DNA of 31,316 nt from a virus. Lineage: Duplodnaviria; Caudoviricetes. Positions 18,264 through 28,290 of this stretch are shown piece by piece; positions within the stretch are counted from its first letter, which is position 1, and the number at the start of each line of letters is the position of its first letter. The notes below the pieces were generated by a model. The model worked only from the letters and a program-made list of their open reading frames with translations. It searched no databases and was not told where the DNA came from. The DNA lies in IMG/VR virus record IMGVR_UViG_3300045540_000047, positions 1 through 31,316 of that record; one strand, written 5' to 3'. Position numbers and translations under genes: made by a program.

Positions 18264-21200
18264 ATGGCGGCCACAGGATACACACCTCTTAGTCTTTACT
18301 ACAGCACAACGGGTGCCGCGGTTCCCGTTAATACTAATTTGGCCAATGGCGAGTTGGCTATTAATATTACTGATGGTAAGCTGTATTATAAAGATAATAC
18401 AGGCACCGTTAAGCTGTTGGCCTCTAGTACAGCAGCGGGAGGAACCTTTACCGCGCCTGTGGTAATTGAGGGCACGACGACTGACGCAGCATTACGCATT
18501 ACGCAGCTTGGTACAGGTAACGCGTTGCTAGTTGAGGATTCAACTAATCCTGATGCTACGCCGTTTGTTATTGATGCTAACGGACAAGTTGTTATTGGCA
18601 CAACAACATCAGTTTCAACTGCTAATGGTGAAGCTAGATTACAAGTTATAGGCACTACAAATGCAACGGCGCAAGCTGCTATCGGTAGATTTTCTAATGA
18701 TGTTGATAGACCAAGATTAAATTTATATAAATCTCGATCTGGAACAATTGGGACAAATACAATTGTTCAAAATAATGATGCTGTTGGCGATGTTGTATTT
18801 CAAGGTGCAGATGGTACAAGCTATGTAGTTGCCGCAAAAATATCAACGGAAATAGACGGTACTCCCGGCACTAACGATATGCCCGGCAGGTTGACATTCA
18901 GCACAACTGCTGACGGTGCTAGTAGTCCGACTGAGCGTATGCGAATTGATAGCGCGGGTCAGGTTGGTATTCCGGCAGTTGTTGCTGGCGTTAATTTGCG
19001 GGTTAATAAAAGTTTAACGGGCGCAACTTCAACTTTTGGCGTTGTAAGTAGTGGGACAACGCAAAGCGATTCAACTGCTGAAGCTAGAATGTTTTCTGCT
19101 ACAGGAAGCACAGCGGCAAGCGCATTTAGTTTAAATATTTTATACGGTTATTTAGCTACACAAGGAACAATTGGGGCGGGATCAATTGTTAATACTAATT
19201 ATGGTTTTCATGCGGGGACTGCGCTTACTGGCGCAACAAATAATTTTGGCTTTTACGGCAACATAGCTGCTCCGACTGCTGGCATTACTACCACTGGCAC
19301 AATCAGCACAATATCAAGCAGTGGTACAACGGTTACAGTTAGCCACAACGCAATCACTTATACCAACGGTCAGACCGTAACCATTGCCGCAACAGCCAAC
19401 GCAACAGCTTTGGTATCAGGCGCGACTGCAACAATTTTGACTGTTGGCACTACTGATTACACACTGATTGGTGCTGCGTCTAATACAGTTGGCGTATCGT
19501 TTACTGCTACAGGCGCGGGTACAGGTACAGGTACGGTTACACTAAACATTCAAGGCTCTGGAAAAACGGTTGCTGGCGCTGCATCAGGTTCGTTCACATA
19601 TACAACGACGACAAGCCAAACATTTGCAGCGGTTACGGTATTGACGGGAACTGTAACGGTATCGACTAGATTTAATCTGTACATGAACGGTACTGCTGCC
19701 AACTATCTTGGTGGCGATACGATTGTTAACGGCAAGATCGGACTAGGCACTGCCGCATCACCAAGCTACGGAACCGCAGGACAAGTATTAACATCAGCAG
19801 GATCAGGCGCATCGCCAACGTGGTCGTCTGCTTCTGGCGGCAGCAGTGGTGCATCTAAATCTTATGTTGCGACAGGTAGCTTGTCTAGCGGGCAGCCGGT
19901 TGCCTTGCGTGCAGACGGAACCGTTGAAGGTATTTATGCCGAAAACACAAACCAAACAGCGGTTAACAATCAAATTGTCGCAACGTCCACGACAGTAACA
20001 AACTTCTTTGGTTCTGCAACTAGTTCAAGCGGTTCAATTGTAACTTTCTTTGCAAATGATACGTTAAATGTTGGTGACGCGGTGGTCAGTACCGTATCCG
20101 GTACAACCGTCACTAGTGGGGCATTAAATAGGATTTATTCTGGGATTATTGAAGCATCGGCAGTATGTTACGACAGCCTAAATGATAAGTTTGTATTTAT
20201 ATATAAACCCGGAGCCGCCACTACGCTTTATGCTGTAGTTGGGACACTATCCGGAACAACAATTTCATTAGGAACCCCTGTTGCAATAGCAACAAATGCA
20301 AACTGGGGTGTAACTTCAGTATCAGCAACATTTGATTCTATAAATGGAAAAATTGTAGTTACGTATACAAACAACACAATTTCAAATGCCATTGTTGGAA
20401 CAGTTTCTGGAACAAGTATTAGCTTTGGATCTCCTACTCAGTATGCAACTAGCAGCGTAAATGTATCTTCTTGCTTTCATCAAGCCGCCGGTAAAGTCGT
20501 ACTTTCCTATGCCATTTCAACATCCGTGTATGCAATTGTAGGGACCGTTTCTGGGACAAGCATTAGCTTTGGAACTGCGCTTAGCTTTGGTAGCACAATA
20601 GCAAACACAGGCACAGCAATAGTTTACGACCCAGTTTATACAAAAGTTATTGTTGGGTGGCGGGAAGGTACAAACTATGTCGCACGCGCTGGTGTTGTTT
20701 CTGGCACGGCAATTGTTAGTGGAAGCCAAGGAACGCTATATACTTTTAACGGCGGTTCAGGTATCTTTTATGGGGCTTATGATTACGCAGCGCAACAAGC
20801 GGTTTTTGCATTTTCAATTACCGGCACAACAATGGCCGTTTGGTGTAGCGCCAGAACAACTACTATAGTCGCACTCCCGCAAGTTAGTTTAAGTACAGGG
20901 GGCACTACAACCAAACCTACTCTTGCATACGATTTTGCTTCACTTCAAATTATTGCTTTTTCAAGAACAACAGCAACCGTATACGCAAGTTCAATAAAAC
21001 AAGCATTTTTAAGTAATTCAAATTATTTTTTTGGTATTACGGAAGCGGCTATTTCTAGTGGGGCGTCGGGCAATATTACGCTGCTTGGAGGCATTAATAA
21101 TCAACAAACTGGCTTAACTGTAGAATCTCCGTATTTTTTAACTACAAGCGCAACATTATCGACAACAAACGCAGCAACCTCAGTTTACGTCGGGCTTGCA

Positions 21201-21779
21201 CTATCGCCTACAGAAATTCAGCTTGGCTCTACAATATCTAGCTCTCCAAATTCAAGAAACGCGGGGATGGTTTTGCTTGCAACGGCAACCATTTCTTCAG
21301 TGTTAAATGTAGACTTTGATGACTATTTTACACCCGCGTATAGAAATTACATGATTGTTTGGCAAGACGTAATTTTTAATAACACAACCGCCAACGATTT
21401 AAAAGCAAGATTAAAATTTGCTGGATCATATCAAGCGGCAACCGCTTCATACACTTATTCTTACTCAAGAATTGGGGATCCTACATATTTTGGAGCAAGA
21501 GCAACACAAACTTCAGTTGAGCTTGGCCCCGGAACCCTTCCTGCTTCTAACGGAACTACAACGGGATCGGGGTATTTATATTTGTTTAACCCCCTTCAAG
21601 CAACAAAAAACAAAATGGTTGCTGGCACCTCAGTAGGATCATCAACAACAACAGGTGCTGGGTATACGTTTAGTGGAATTTATACAGGAGCCAGTGGTAC
21701 AACAGCCTGCCAAGGAATTAGATTTTTTTGTACTAGTAGTTCTATGTCAGGAACATTTTTGCTTTATGGGATCGTATAA
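18264..21779 (+). CDS. Tail fibre / receptor-binding protein (1171 aa)
   Basis: N-term LANGELAINITDGKLYYKD (Mtd-N-like), PTERMRIDSAGQVGI fibre motif, GTAGQVLTSAGSGASPTW linker, repeated AIVGTVSGTSISFG; Thr/Ser/Gly-rich and visibly AT-richer. Confidence 0.85.
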   Translation: MAATGYTPLSLYYSTTGAAVPVNTNLANGELAINITDGKLYYKDNTGTVKLLASSTAAGGTFTAPVVIEGTTTDAALRITQLGTGNALLVEDSTNPDATPFVIDANGQVVIGTTTSVSTANGEARLQVIGTTNATAQAAIGRFSNDVDRPRLNLYKSRSGTIGTNTIVQNNDAVGDVVFQGADGTSYVVAAKISTEIDGTPGTNDMPGRLTFSTTADGASSPTERMRIDSAGQVGIPAVVAGVNLRVNKSLTGATSTFGVVSSGTTQSDSTAEARMFSATGSTAASAFSLNILYGYLATQGTIGAGSIVNTNYGFHAGTALTGATNNFGFYGNIAAPTAGITTTGTISTISSSGTTVTVSHNAITYTNGQTVTIAATANATALVSGATATILTVGTTDYTLIGAASNTVGVSFTATGAGTGTGTVTLNIQGSGKTVAGAASGSFTYTTTTSQTFAAVTVLTGTVTVSTRFNLYMNGTAANYLGGDTIVNGKIGLGTAASPSYGTAGQVLTSAGSGASPTWSSASGGSSGASKSYVATGSLSSGQPVALRADGTVEGIYAENTNQTAVNNQIVATSTTVTNFFGSATSSSGSIVTFFANDTLNVGDAVVSTVSGTTVTSGALNRIYSGIIEASAVCYDSLNDKFVFIYKPGAATTLYAVVGTLSGTTISLGTPVAIATNANWGVTSVSATFDSINGKIVVTYTNNTISNAIVGTVSGTSISFGSPTQYATSSVNVSSCFHQAAGKVVLSYAISTSVYAIVGTVSGTSISFGTALSFGSTIANTGTAIVYDPVYTKVIVGWREGTNYVARAGVVSGTAIVSGSQGTLYTFNGGSGIFYGAYDYAAQQAVFAFSITGTTMAVWCSARTTTIVALPQVSLSTGGTTTKPTLAYDFASLQIIAFSRTTATVYASSIKQAFLSNSNYFFGITEAAISSGASGNITLLGGINNQQTGLTVESPYFLTTSATLSTTNAATSVYVGLALSPTEIQLGSTISSSPNSRNAGMVLLATATISSVLNVDFDDYFTPAYRNYMIVWQDVIFNNTTANDLKARLKFAGSYQAATASYTYSYSRIGDPTYFGARATQTSVELGPGTLPASNGTTTGSGYLYLFNPLQATKNKMVAGTSVGSSTTTGAGYTFSGIYTGASGTTACQGIRFFCTSSSMSGTFLLYGIV

Positions 21780-22018
21780 TGAAAAAATGGACTCGTAATG
21801 GTTATGAAGATTTAACCGAAGAAGAGATTGCGCAACAATTAATTGATGAGGCGGCGTCAATAGCAGAGCGTGATGCAAACATGTATAAAACGTCACGACA
21901 GTTAGAATACCCTCCAATTTCTGATTACGTAGACGGCATTGTTAAGGGCGATCAGGCACAGGTTCAGGCGTACATTGACGCATGCCTTGCGGTTAAGGCC
22001 AAGTATCCAAAGCCTTAA
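21779..22018 (+). CDS. Small fibre-associated protein (putative chaperone)
   Basis: Coupled to fibre gene; YKTSRQLEYPPI...VKAKYPKP ending typical of genes following fibres. Confidence 0.6.
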   Translation: MKKWTRNGYEDLTEEEIAQQLIDEAASIAERDANMYKTSRQLEYPPISDYVDGIVKGDQAQVQAYIDACLAVKAKYPKP

Positions 22019-22024
22019 TTTAAT

Positions 22025-22219
22025 ATGAAAAACTTTCTGCTCGGTGTTTTGTTTGCTGCTTCTTGCACATCCTTTGCACTTGAGTGGAAAGAAGACGGTG
22101 GCGCAATTCTTACCGCCGAAGACGTAAAAAATGTTGAGATAAAGTTTGACTATTTGCGCCAGGAAAATTTTGTGTTGCGCAACACCGTTGAAGAACTTCA
22201 AGCACGCAAGTGCATATAA
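22025..22219 (+). CDS. Small exported protein (64 aa)
   Basis: Signal peptide-like MKNFLLGVLFAASCTSFA followed by coiled coil; weak RBS. Confidence 0.55.
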   Translation: MKNFLLGVLFAASCTSFALEWKEDGGAILTAEDVKNVEIKFDYLRQENFVLRNTVEELQARKCI

Positions 22220-22225
22220 AAATGT

Positions 22226-22759
22226 ATGGATCCTATCACAATTGGTGCCGCGTTTGCAGTAGCCAAAGCGGCTGTTGCTGGGGTTAAGGAAGCCATCGCG
22301 CTTGGTAAAGAAGTGCAGGAGTGCTATCACGACATTAGTGCATTCTTTACCGCGCAAGGACAAATCCAGGCGGCGGTAGTCCAGCAACAACATGACAAAA
22401 AATTAGGCAAGCCGGTACAGAAGGACGCAACGGCAGAGGCACTTGACGCGATGTTTGCATCACGTCAACTGTTTAAAATGGAAGTTGAACTGCGTGAAGC
22501 ATTGATTTACGGCAGCGGTAACGAATCGGGTTTGTACGAAGAGATGTGCCAACGTCGCGACCAGATTATCCAAGAACGCAGGGATGCAATTGAAGAAGAA
22601 GCCCGTCAAGAAAGAATGCGTTTGCGCGAGATTGAACGCAAAAAAGAACAAAGAATTCAGAGTATTCAAGAATGGCTTGCGGTAGTTTTTGGTGTGGCAA
22701 TCAGTAGCTTCATCATGTACGCGGTTTGGTGGATGTTTAAGCACGGGAGTGATGAGTAA
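22226..22759 (+). CDS. Coiled-coil protein with C-terminal TM helix
   Basis: MDPITIGAAFAVAKAAV... and WLAVVFGVAISSFIMYAVWW; coupled to holin. Confidence 0.7.
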   Translation: MDPITIGAAFAVAKAAVAGVKEAIALGKEVQECYHDISAFFTAQGQIQAAVVQQQHDKKLGKPVQKDATAEALDAMFASRQLFKMEVELREALIYGSGNESGLYEEMCQRRDQIIQERRDAIEEEARQERMRLREIERKKEQRIQSIQEWLAVVFGVAISSFIMYAVWWMFKHGSDE

Positions 22760-23244
22760 TGATGACACTGTTAACGACGTTAATTTCTTTCTTGTCCGGC
22801 GGCTTACCCAAGCTGTTGGATTTTTTTCAGGACAAACAAGACAAGAAACACGAATTGTCCATGGCACAGCTACAGATGGAACAGCAGATGCGGTTGCAGG
22901 CCGCTGGCTTTCAATCTCAAGAACACATTGAAGAAATTCACACGGAACAGATCAGTATTCAGACCCAGTCCGCTGAACGGCAGGCTCTTTACTCACACGA
23001 CATCGAGATCGGCAAGGGTGCATCCCAATGGGTCATCGACGCGAGGGCCATGGTACGGCCCACGATCACGTACGGTCTTTTCTTTTTGTTGGTTGGTGTT
23101 GACATTGCCGGCGTGTGGTACGCGTGGACAATGAACGCATCATTCCACGACATGATGCAGTTGGTGTGGGACGACGACACACAGACCATCTGGGCGTCCG
23201 TCATCAGCTTTTGGTTTGGTACACAAGCATTCTCTAAGAAATGA
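22759..23244 (+). CDS. Putative holin (3-TM, GTA-holin-like)
   Basis: Three hydrophobic segments; ASQWV...VRPTITY and ISFWFG..AFSKK; Met-Met start; overlaps lysozyme start. Confidence 0.65.
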   Translation: MMTLLTTLISFLSGGLPKLLDFFQDKQDKKHELSMAQLQMEQQMRLQAAGFQSQEHIEEIHTEQISIQTQSAERQALYSHDIEIGKGASQWVIDARAMVRPTITYGLFFLLVGVDIAGVWYAWTMNASFHDMMQLVWDDDTQTIWASVISFWFGTQAFSKK

Positions 23245-23735
23245 AATTCACTGCACTACATCAACTTAAACACCACGAAGGGGTAAGAAAAAAGCCTTAC
23301 CTTGACAGTGTGTTGTTGTGGACGACTGGCGTAGGGCATTTGATCGCACCACCAGAGCATTTAAAGATGACCCTGGAACAGCGCAAAGAGGCCAAGAAGG
23401 CGGGCCTTTTGGCTTGTCCGGCTGAGTGGAATAGGACCCTAAGTGATGACGAAGTGGATAGCATTCTTACGGCAGACCTTGCTAGGTTTGAAAGAGGCGT
23501 TTTACGTTATTGCCCTACTGGGCTTACTCAAGGGCGGTACAACGGCCTCGTCAGTTTTGCATTTAATGCCGGGCTAGGTCGACTTCAAAGTTCGTCAATT
23601 CGTGCAAAGCACAACAGGGGCGATTTTGGTGGTGCCGCTGACGCGTTTTTGTTGTACCGAATGGCGAGTGGCGTGATTCAAAAGGGTTTAGTAATTCGCC
23701 GTAACGATGAACGAGCGATGTACCTGGGCAGTTAA
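23241..23735 (+). CDS. GH24 phage lysozyme 2 (endolysin)
   Basis: Intact E-x8-D-x5-T triad (HEGVRKKPYLDSVLLWTTGVGH); LVSFAFNAGLG; GLVIRRNDERAMYL. Confidence 0.9.
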   Translation: MKFTALHQLKHHEGVRKKPYLDSVLLWTTGVGHLIAPPEHLKMTLEQRKEAKKAGLLACPAEWNRTLSDDEVDSILTADLARFERGVLRYCPTGLTQGRYNGLVSFAFNAGLGRLQSSSIRAKHNRGDFGGAADAFLLYRMASGVIQKGLVIRRNDERAMYLGS

Positions 23736-23754
23736 AATGAAAGTGAAAACATAA

Positions 23755-24372
23755 ATGTCTGCACCATCAATGACGTACGACACCCTGGTTCAGGATGTCA
23801 TAAAGTATAGTGAAAGAACGGACACGAATTTTGTTGATCAAATTCCGCGTCTGATCATGATGACGGAACAGGCCATCGCGTCAGAAATTAAGACGTTGAT
23901 GCAGTTAAACGTCATCAACACCGTGTTAATCCCCAACGACCCCGTGCTGCAAAAACCAGTCCGGTGGCGTAAAACAACAAGCATGAAGATCAATGGAGAG
24001 CCTGTACTGACACGTTCCATGGACTACGTGTCCCAGTACCAGGCAGAGGCCCCCACTGGAGTCCCGATCTACTACGGCGACTACGACTACGACCACTGGG
24101 CATTGGCACCAATCCCCGATCAGGCGTACCCGCTGCAGATCATCTACTACAGCCGTATTCAACCCCTGGACGCAGAGAACCAGGAAAATCTTTTAACACG
24201 AGAAGCGCCACAGGCCCTCCTTTATGGGACGCTACTCCAGGCGCAAGGTTTCTTAAAAAATATTGAGAAACTTCCGGTTTGGAAGTCGTTTTACACAGAC
24301 GCCATTGCGGCACTGAAAGGTGAGGATCAGAAGCGTATGATTGATAGAAATGCTGTGAGGCAAGAGCCATGA
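23755..24372 (+). CDS. Putative tail/adaptor structural protein (205 aa)
   Basis: GVPIYY...LAPIPDQAYPL.IIYY...PQALLYGTL pattern; synteny before tail genes. Confidence 0.6.
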   Translation: MSAPSMTYDTLVQDVIKYSERTDTNFVDQIPRLIMMTEQAIASEIKTLMQLNVINTVLIPNDPVLQKPVRWRKTTSMKINGEPVLTRSMDYVSQYQAEAPTGVPIYYGDYDYDHWALAPIPDQAYPLQIIYYSRIQPLDAENQENLLTREAPQALLYGTLLQAQGFLKNIEKLPVWKSFYTDAIAALKGEDQKRMIDRNAVRQEP

Positions 24373-25646
24373 CAACTTATGTATCCCCCTTTACCGGTGA
24401 CGTAATTCAACCAACGGACGTAAGCTACGCGGCCGTCACCTTTACGTCTAACGTAGACCTTTACTGGCCACAGTATGTAAACGCAGGGCAACAAGTAATT
24501 GCCCGCGTTATGGAGTTTACAACTTCAACCGCGGCGCTAACCGTTACGCTGCCAAACGCTTTACAGGGGTCTGTTGGTCAGGACATTTTGATTCGTAACA
24601 TGGGCGCGGTGCCGTTTACGGTCAATAACTATGGCGGCGTTGGTTCTTTTTTTGTTGGTGTGGGAGAGGCTTTTTACGCTTACCTGATAGACAACACAAC
24701 AGAAGCCGGCGCTTGGGGCGTGTTCCAGTTTGGTACCGGAACTTCATACGCAGACGCAAGCACCCTTGCAGGCACCAGCACTTCTGCCATTTTGGGCAAG
24801 CTAGAGGTCGCGCTAGTTACGTCAGAGTACAACCTTTCAAACCCCGTCATTAACACCCAGTCTCGTGGTTCGTGCTACGTGTGGACTGGTGGTGTAGCGA
24901 CGTGGACTTTGCCCCCTGTTGCTGATCTTAGCGAAGGTTGGTTTTTGTTAGTGCGTAACAACGGAACAGGCAGCCTAACAATTGGGACGTCGTCGTTTAG
25001 TTCCACAATTGACGGCCAGGTAAACATTACGTTGCCCCTTGGCGATTCTTGCATCATTTGCGTCAACCGCGACCCTTCAAATCAAGACTTTTTTACTGTT
25101 GGTCGTGCGCGTCCTAACAGCCTAACGTTTACCTCCGCGACGTATGATGTTGATAGTATCATTGGTTCAACGTACAGCGTCGTGTCCAACACGCCAATTA
25201 TTCAACGGTATACCGCGTTAAGTGGCAGCAGGACGACAACACTGTTAGTCGAGATGCCGGCCGTTACTCAAGTGTATTACTTGATTAATGACACGGGACA
25301 AAGCGGGTACGACATCGAATTTCAAGTACCTGGCAGTGGACAAATACCGATTGTTTTGTCTAACGGTAGTCAGGTCATTATGCTAAGTGACGGCAACTAC
25401 CTCTACCTACTCAATCAAACAAGTTCTGGCGTTCAGCTTGCTCCCGCAGGCACCGCAGCCGCTCCAGGTTATGGTTTCTTAACCGACCCAGCGACGGGTA
25501 TGTATTTAGCTAACCCTTCACAACTTGGCCTTACGGCCGGAGGTGCTAACATCGCCACGTTAGACACCACCGGAGGCACGGGTAACTTTATTACGTCATT
25601 TGTTGGAAGGGTGCAGGCGGACTTGATCACAGGCGGGACGTTCTAA
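24369..25646 (+). CDS. Putative tail structural protein (425 aa)
   Basis: Repeated beta units (VTLP...ILIRN.G, WTLP...LLVRNNG), GTAAAPGYGF..DPATGMY fibre-like motif, ends GGTF. Confidence 0.65.
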   Translation: MTTYVSPFTGDVIQPTDVSYAAVTFTSNVDLYWPQYVNAGQQVIARVMEFTTSTAALTVTLPNALQGSVGQDILIRNMGAVPFTVNNYGGVGSFFVGVGEAFYAYLIDNTTEAGAWGVFQFGTGTSYADASTLAGTSTSAILGKLEVALVTSEYNLSNPVINTQSRGSCYVWTGGVATWTLPPVADLSEGWFLLVRNNGTGSLTIGTSSFSSTIDGQVNITLPLGDSCIICVNRDPSNQDFFTVGRARPNSLTFTSATYDVDSIIGSTYSVVSNTPIIQRYTALSGSRTTTLLVEMPAVTQVYYLINDTGQSGYDIEFQVPGSGQIPIVLSNGSQVIMLSDGNYLYLLNQTSSGVQLAPAGTAAAPGYGFLTDPATGMYLANPSQLGLTAGGANIATLDTTGGTGNFITSFVGRVQADLITGGTF

Positions 25647-27797
25647 ATGGCGGACCAACAAGATTCGTCAAAGATATTCACGCTCTACGTCAAGCCGGGT
25701 ATCAAGAGGGACGGTACCCGTTTTGAGGGTGATGAGTACAGCGACGGAATGTGGTCCAGGTTTCAGCGTGGCCGCGCCAAAAAAATAGGCGGGTATCGTC
25801 AGATGTTTGCCTCTTTAACCGGCGTCCCGCGCGGCATTATCACCAACCCAATTAATGGTGTTAACTACATATTTACAGGCAACAGCACGGGGGTCGAGGT
25901 CTTTACAACCGGCACCGACCAGGGTGTTGGTGTGGGCCCGTACCCTGTTGAATTCAACACGACGTACGCTGTCACCAACGTTGACACGGTACTGATACAG
26001 ATTGATGTCGTAGGCGACTACACGTCGTTGTTTGTCTCAGGGTTTGTCTTTTGGGCGTATAACACGAGTGCTGTTCGCACAAACTACACCGTTGACGTCG
26101 CTGGATCGACGTATAACTCTGGCACCAATCGCACGACGGTCACGTTGACAAGTGTCACGGGGCTGCCAAACGTACCAACGTCGCCCACGACGATGGAGAT
26201 ATACAACCCCAATGGAATAGCGCCCAACGACAACTACCTCTGGCAGTTTGACATTGGTTTTGACTCCACTGGCTCCGGTCGGTCAATGCTTCTTGCTCAC
26301 CCTGGCCAAAATTTACACAACATCGACTCCGCGGTACTGACGTCACTTTACGCGGGCAACTTCCTGCCCGACCCTACAACGGGCAACTACGTGTTGACCC
26401 AGGTCATGGACTCTGGCGGCGCTAACCCAACGTTCCAGCCCGTCAACGCGAGTGGTGGCGTGGTCGTGCTGTACCCATACGTTTTTGTGTACAGCAACTA
26501 CGGTGCGTTATTTAACAACAACATCGACTTTACAACGATTGCCAATGCTAACCAAACGCTAAACGACTGGAACGGCCCAACGGCCAACATTGTCAACGTT
26601 GCAGCGGGTAAATTTGTTAAGGGTATGCCGGTGCGTGGTGGTACCGCGGCACCATCCGGGCTTTTCTGGGCCACGGACTCATTGGTGCGTGTGTCGTTTA
26701 CGTCACAAACTCCGTATTACTGGAGGTACGACATTGTCGCGAGTCAGATTTCTATCATGTCATCCACCGCCGTTACAGAGATGGACGGTGTGTATTTCTG
26801 GATGGGTGTTGATAGATTCTACCTATACAACGGCGCGGTAAAAGTTTTACCAAACGACAAAAACGTAAACTACCTTTTTGACAACATGAACTTTAGCGCC
26901 CGCCAAAAAGTGTGGGCGACAAAGGTCCCGAGGTATAACGAGATCTGGTTCTTCTACCCCCGTGGTACGGCAACGGAGTGTACGGACGCGATTATTTACA
27001 ACGTCAAGGACCAGATATGGTACGACGCCGGCCAGGCTGAAGGCGCACGTAGGTCTTGTGGGTACATGACGGAACTGTTCCCTCGTCCTATTTGGTGTGG
27101 TTGGGAGTTTACGGGCGAAATTGGTCAGACGTACGCTATTGCGTATGGGCCAGATAATGGGTCTGCTCCTGTTACGGGACCCAATCAGGTTGTAGTCAAC
27201 GGGGATTTAACAACAAACCCCGCCGGGACGTACATGATCTTTAACGAGACCGAGGGGACGACGTTTGTCAGCGCGAATCAAATTGCCTCCGCAGTGTTTA
27301 CCGACGACCCCACAGGCGGGACTACACTCTTGACGTTTGTGGACGACATCGTGGCGGGGGTCGTCACTGGTTCCTACATGACGCAGGCCATTGGCGGGTA
27401 CGCCATTTGGGAGCAAGAGTTTGGGCATAACAGGATCACGGCCACAAGGGAGTACGCGATCAAGTCTTATGTAGAGACGTGTGACATCAGCTTTATTGGT
27501 GGTACTCCTGCGGAAGACACCACGATCACCGCCAATCGACGGATGCACATCACTCGCGTTGAGCCAGACTTTAAGCAGGTGGGGCCCATGAGCCTGACCG
27601 TTGTTGGTAGACCATTTGCTCAATCTCAAGACATTGAGCGAGACGGCCCGTTTGAGTACGAGGCAGACACGGGCAAGATCGACCTTCGCGTTGAGCATCG
27701 GCTCATTAGCCTTGTGTTCCAGAGTAACGTCATCAATGGCGACTACGAGGCTGGTCGTATTATGATCACGGCAGAAATGGGTGACGAAAGACCGTAA
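25647..27797 (+). CDS. Putative tail tubular B / head-stabilisation (nozzle) protein
   Basis: 716 aa beta-rich; KPGIKRDGT...RFQRGRAKKIGG, YFWMGVDRFYLYNGAV, YNEIWFFYP; synteny. Confidence 0.65.
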   Translation: MADQQDSSKIFTLYVKPGIKRDGTRFEGDEYSDGMWSRFQRGRAKKIGGYRQMFASLTGVPRGIITNPINGVNYIFTGNSTGVEVFTTGTDQGVGVGPYPVEFNTTYAVTNVDTVLIQIDVVGDYTSLFVSGFVFWAYNTSAVRTNYTVDVAGSTYNSGTNRTTVTLTSVTGLPNVPTSPTTMEIYNPNGIAPNDNYLWQFDIGFDSTGSGRSMLLAHPGQNLHNIDSAVLTSLYAGNFLPDPTTGNYVLTQVMDSGGANPTFQPVNASGGVVVLYPYVFVYSNYGALFNNNIDFTTIANANQTLNDWNGPTANIVNVAAGKFVKGMPVRGGTAAPSGLFWATDSLVRVSFTSQTPYYWRYDIVASQISIMSSTAVTEMDGVYFWMGVDRFYLYNGAVKVLPNDKNVNYLFDNMNFSARQKVWATKVPRYNEIWFFYPRGTATECTDAIIYNVKDQIWYDAGQAEGARRSCGYMTELFPRPIWCGWEFTGEIGQTYAIAYGPDNGSAPVTGPNQVVVNGDLTTNPAGTYMIFNETEGTTFVSANQIASAVFTDDPTGGTTLLTFVDDIVAGVVTGSYMTQAIGGYAIWEQEFGHNRITATREYAIKSYVETCDISFIGGTPAEDTTITANRRMHITRVEPDFKQVGPMSLTVVGRPFAQSQDIERDGPFEYEADTGKIDLRVEHRLISLVFQSNVINGDYEAGRIMITAEMGDERP

Positions 27798-28033
27798 TGC
27801 GAATTGAGTTTTTGCCCGACTATAGCTCCTGGGAGGACTGGAACGGGAGCATGATCCACTACTTTGGGGATCAACAGTTTCCATTCTTGCCAGAAGAAAA
27901 ATGGCGCGATGTAGCGTCCGCCATCTCTTTAAGCACCGTGTTTGACACCTTTGGTGTCCCCTACCCAGAGACTTACGAGGATTGGAGAGACTGGGCAAGG
28001 GCTCTTACGATGGTGGTAAACGGCGTCTCCTAA
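27797..28033 (+). CDS. Small Trp-rich hypothetical protein (78 aa)
   Basis: TAATG coupling; ends just before promoter copy 6. Confidence 0.7.
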   Translation: MRIEFLPDYSSWEDWNGSMIHYFGDQQFPFLPEEKWRDVASAISLSTVFDTFGVPYPETYEDWRDWARALTMVVNGVS

Positions 28034-28036
28034 AGA

Positions 28037-28074
28037 GGGCGAAGTGCCACCCTAAAATGGGTAATTCTCTATAG
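28037..28074 (+). promoter_or_regulatory. Putative phage late promoter, copy 6 of 6
   Basis: GGGCG(28037)-17 nt-GGGTAATT(28059)-5 nt-TAG(28072). Confidence 0.75.
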
Positions 28075-28132
28075 GAAAAGAATAAATTTTTATGGCATTT
28101 AACGCGCCTAATTACTTAACTAAAGGTTCAAA

Positions 28133-28285
28133 ATGAAACCCGGACTTTACGCAAACATCGCCGCAAAGAAAAAACGCATAGCGGAGGGCTCCGGAGAAAA
28201 AATGCGTACGCCAGGGACAAAAGGTGCTCCTACTAAGGCGGATTTTAAAGAGTCTGCCAAGACTGCTAAACCGGTTAAAAAGTAA
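28133..28285 (+). CDS. Small basic protein (50 aa), absent from ORF track
   Basis: Manual translation [50 protein letters not shown]; RBS AAAGGT; resembles a small protein I recall from environmental phages. Confidence 0.75.
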   Translation: MKPGLYANIAAKKKRIAEGSGEKMRTPGTKGAPTKADFKESAKTAKPVKK

Positions 28286-28290
28286 ATAAC

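Noticed and set aside
18264-21779. Diversity-generating retroelement target, suggested by the Mtd-N-like start
   Set aside because: No reverse transcriptase and no template/variable repeat pair seen in this window
22025-22219. o-spanin lipoprotein call
   Set aside because: AASC is a poor lipobox and the mature part is not Pro-rich; kept only as an exported protein
27207-27998. 263-aa minus-strand ORF
   Set aside because: Overlaps two coupled + strand genes; no motif
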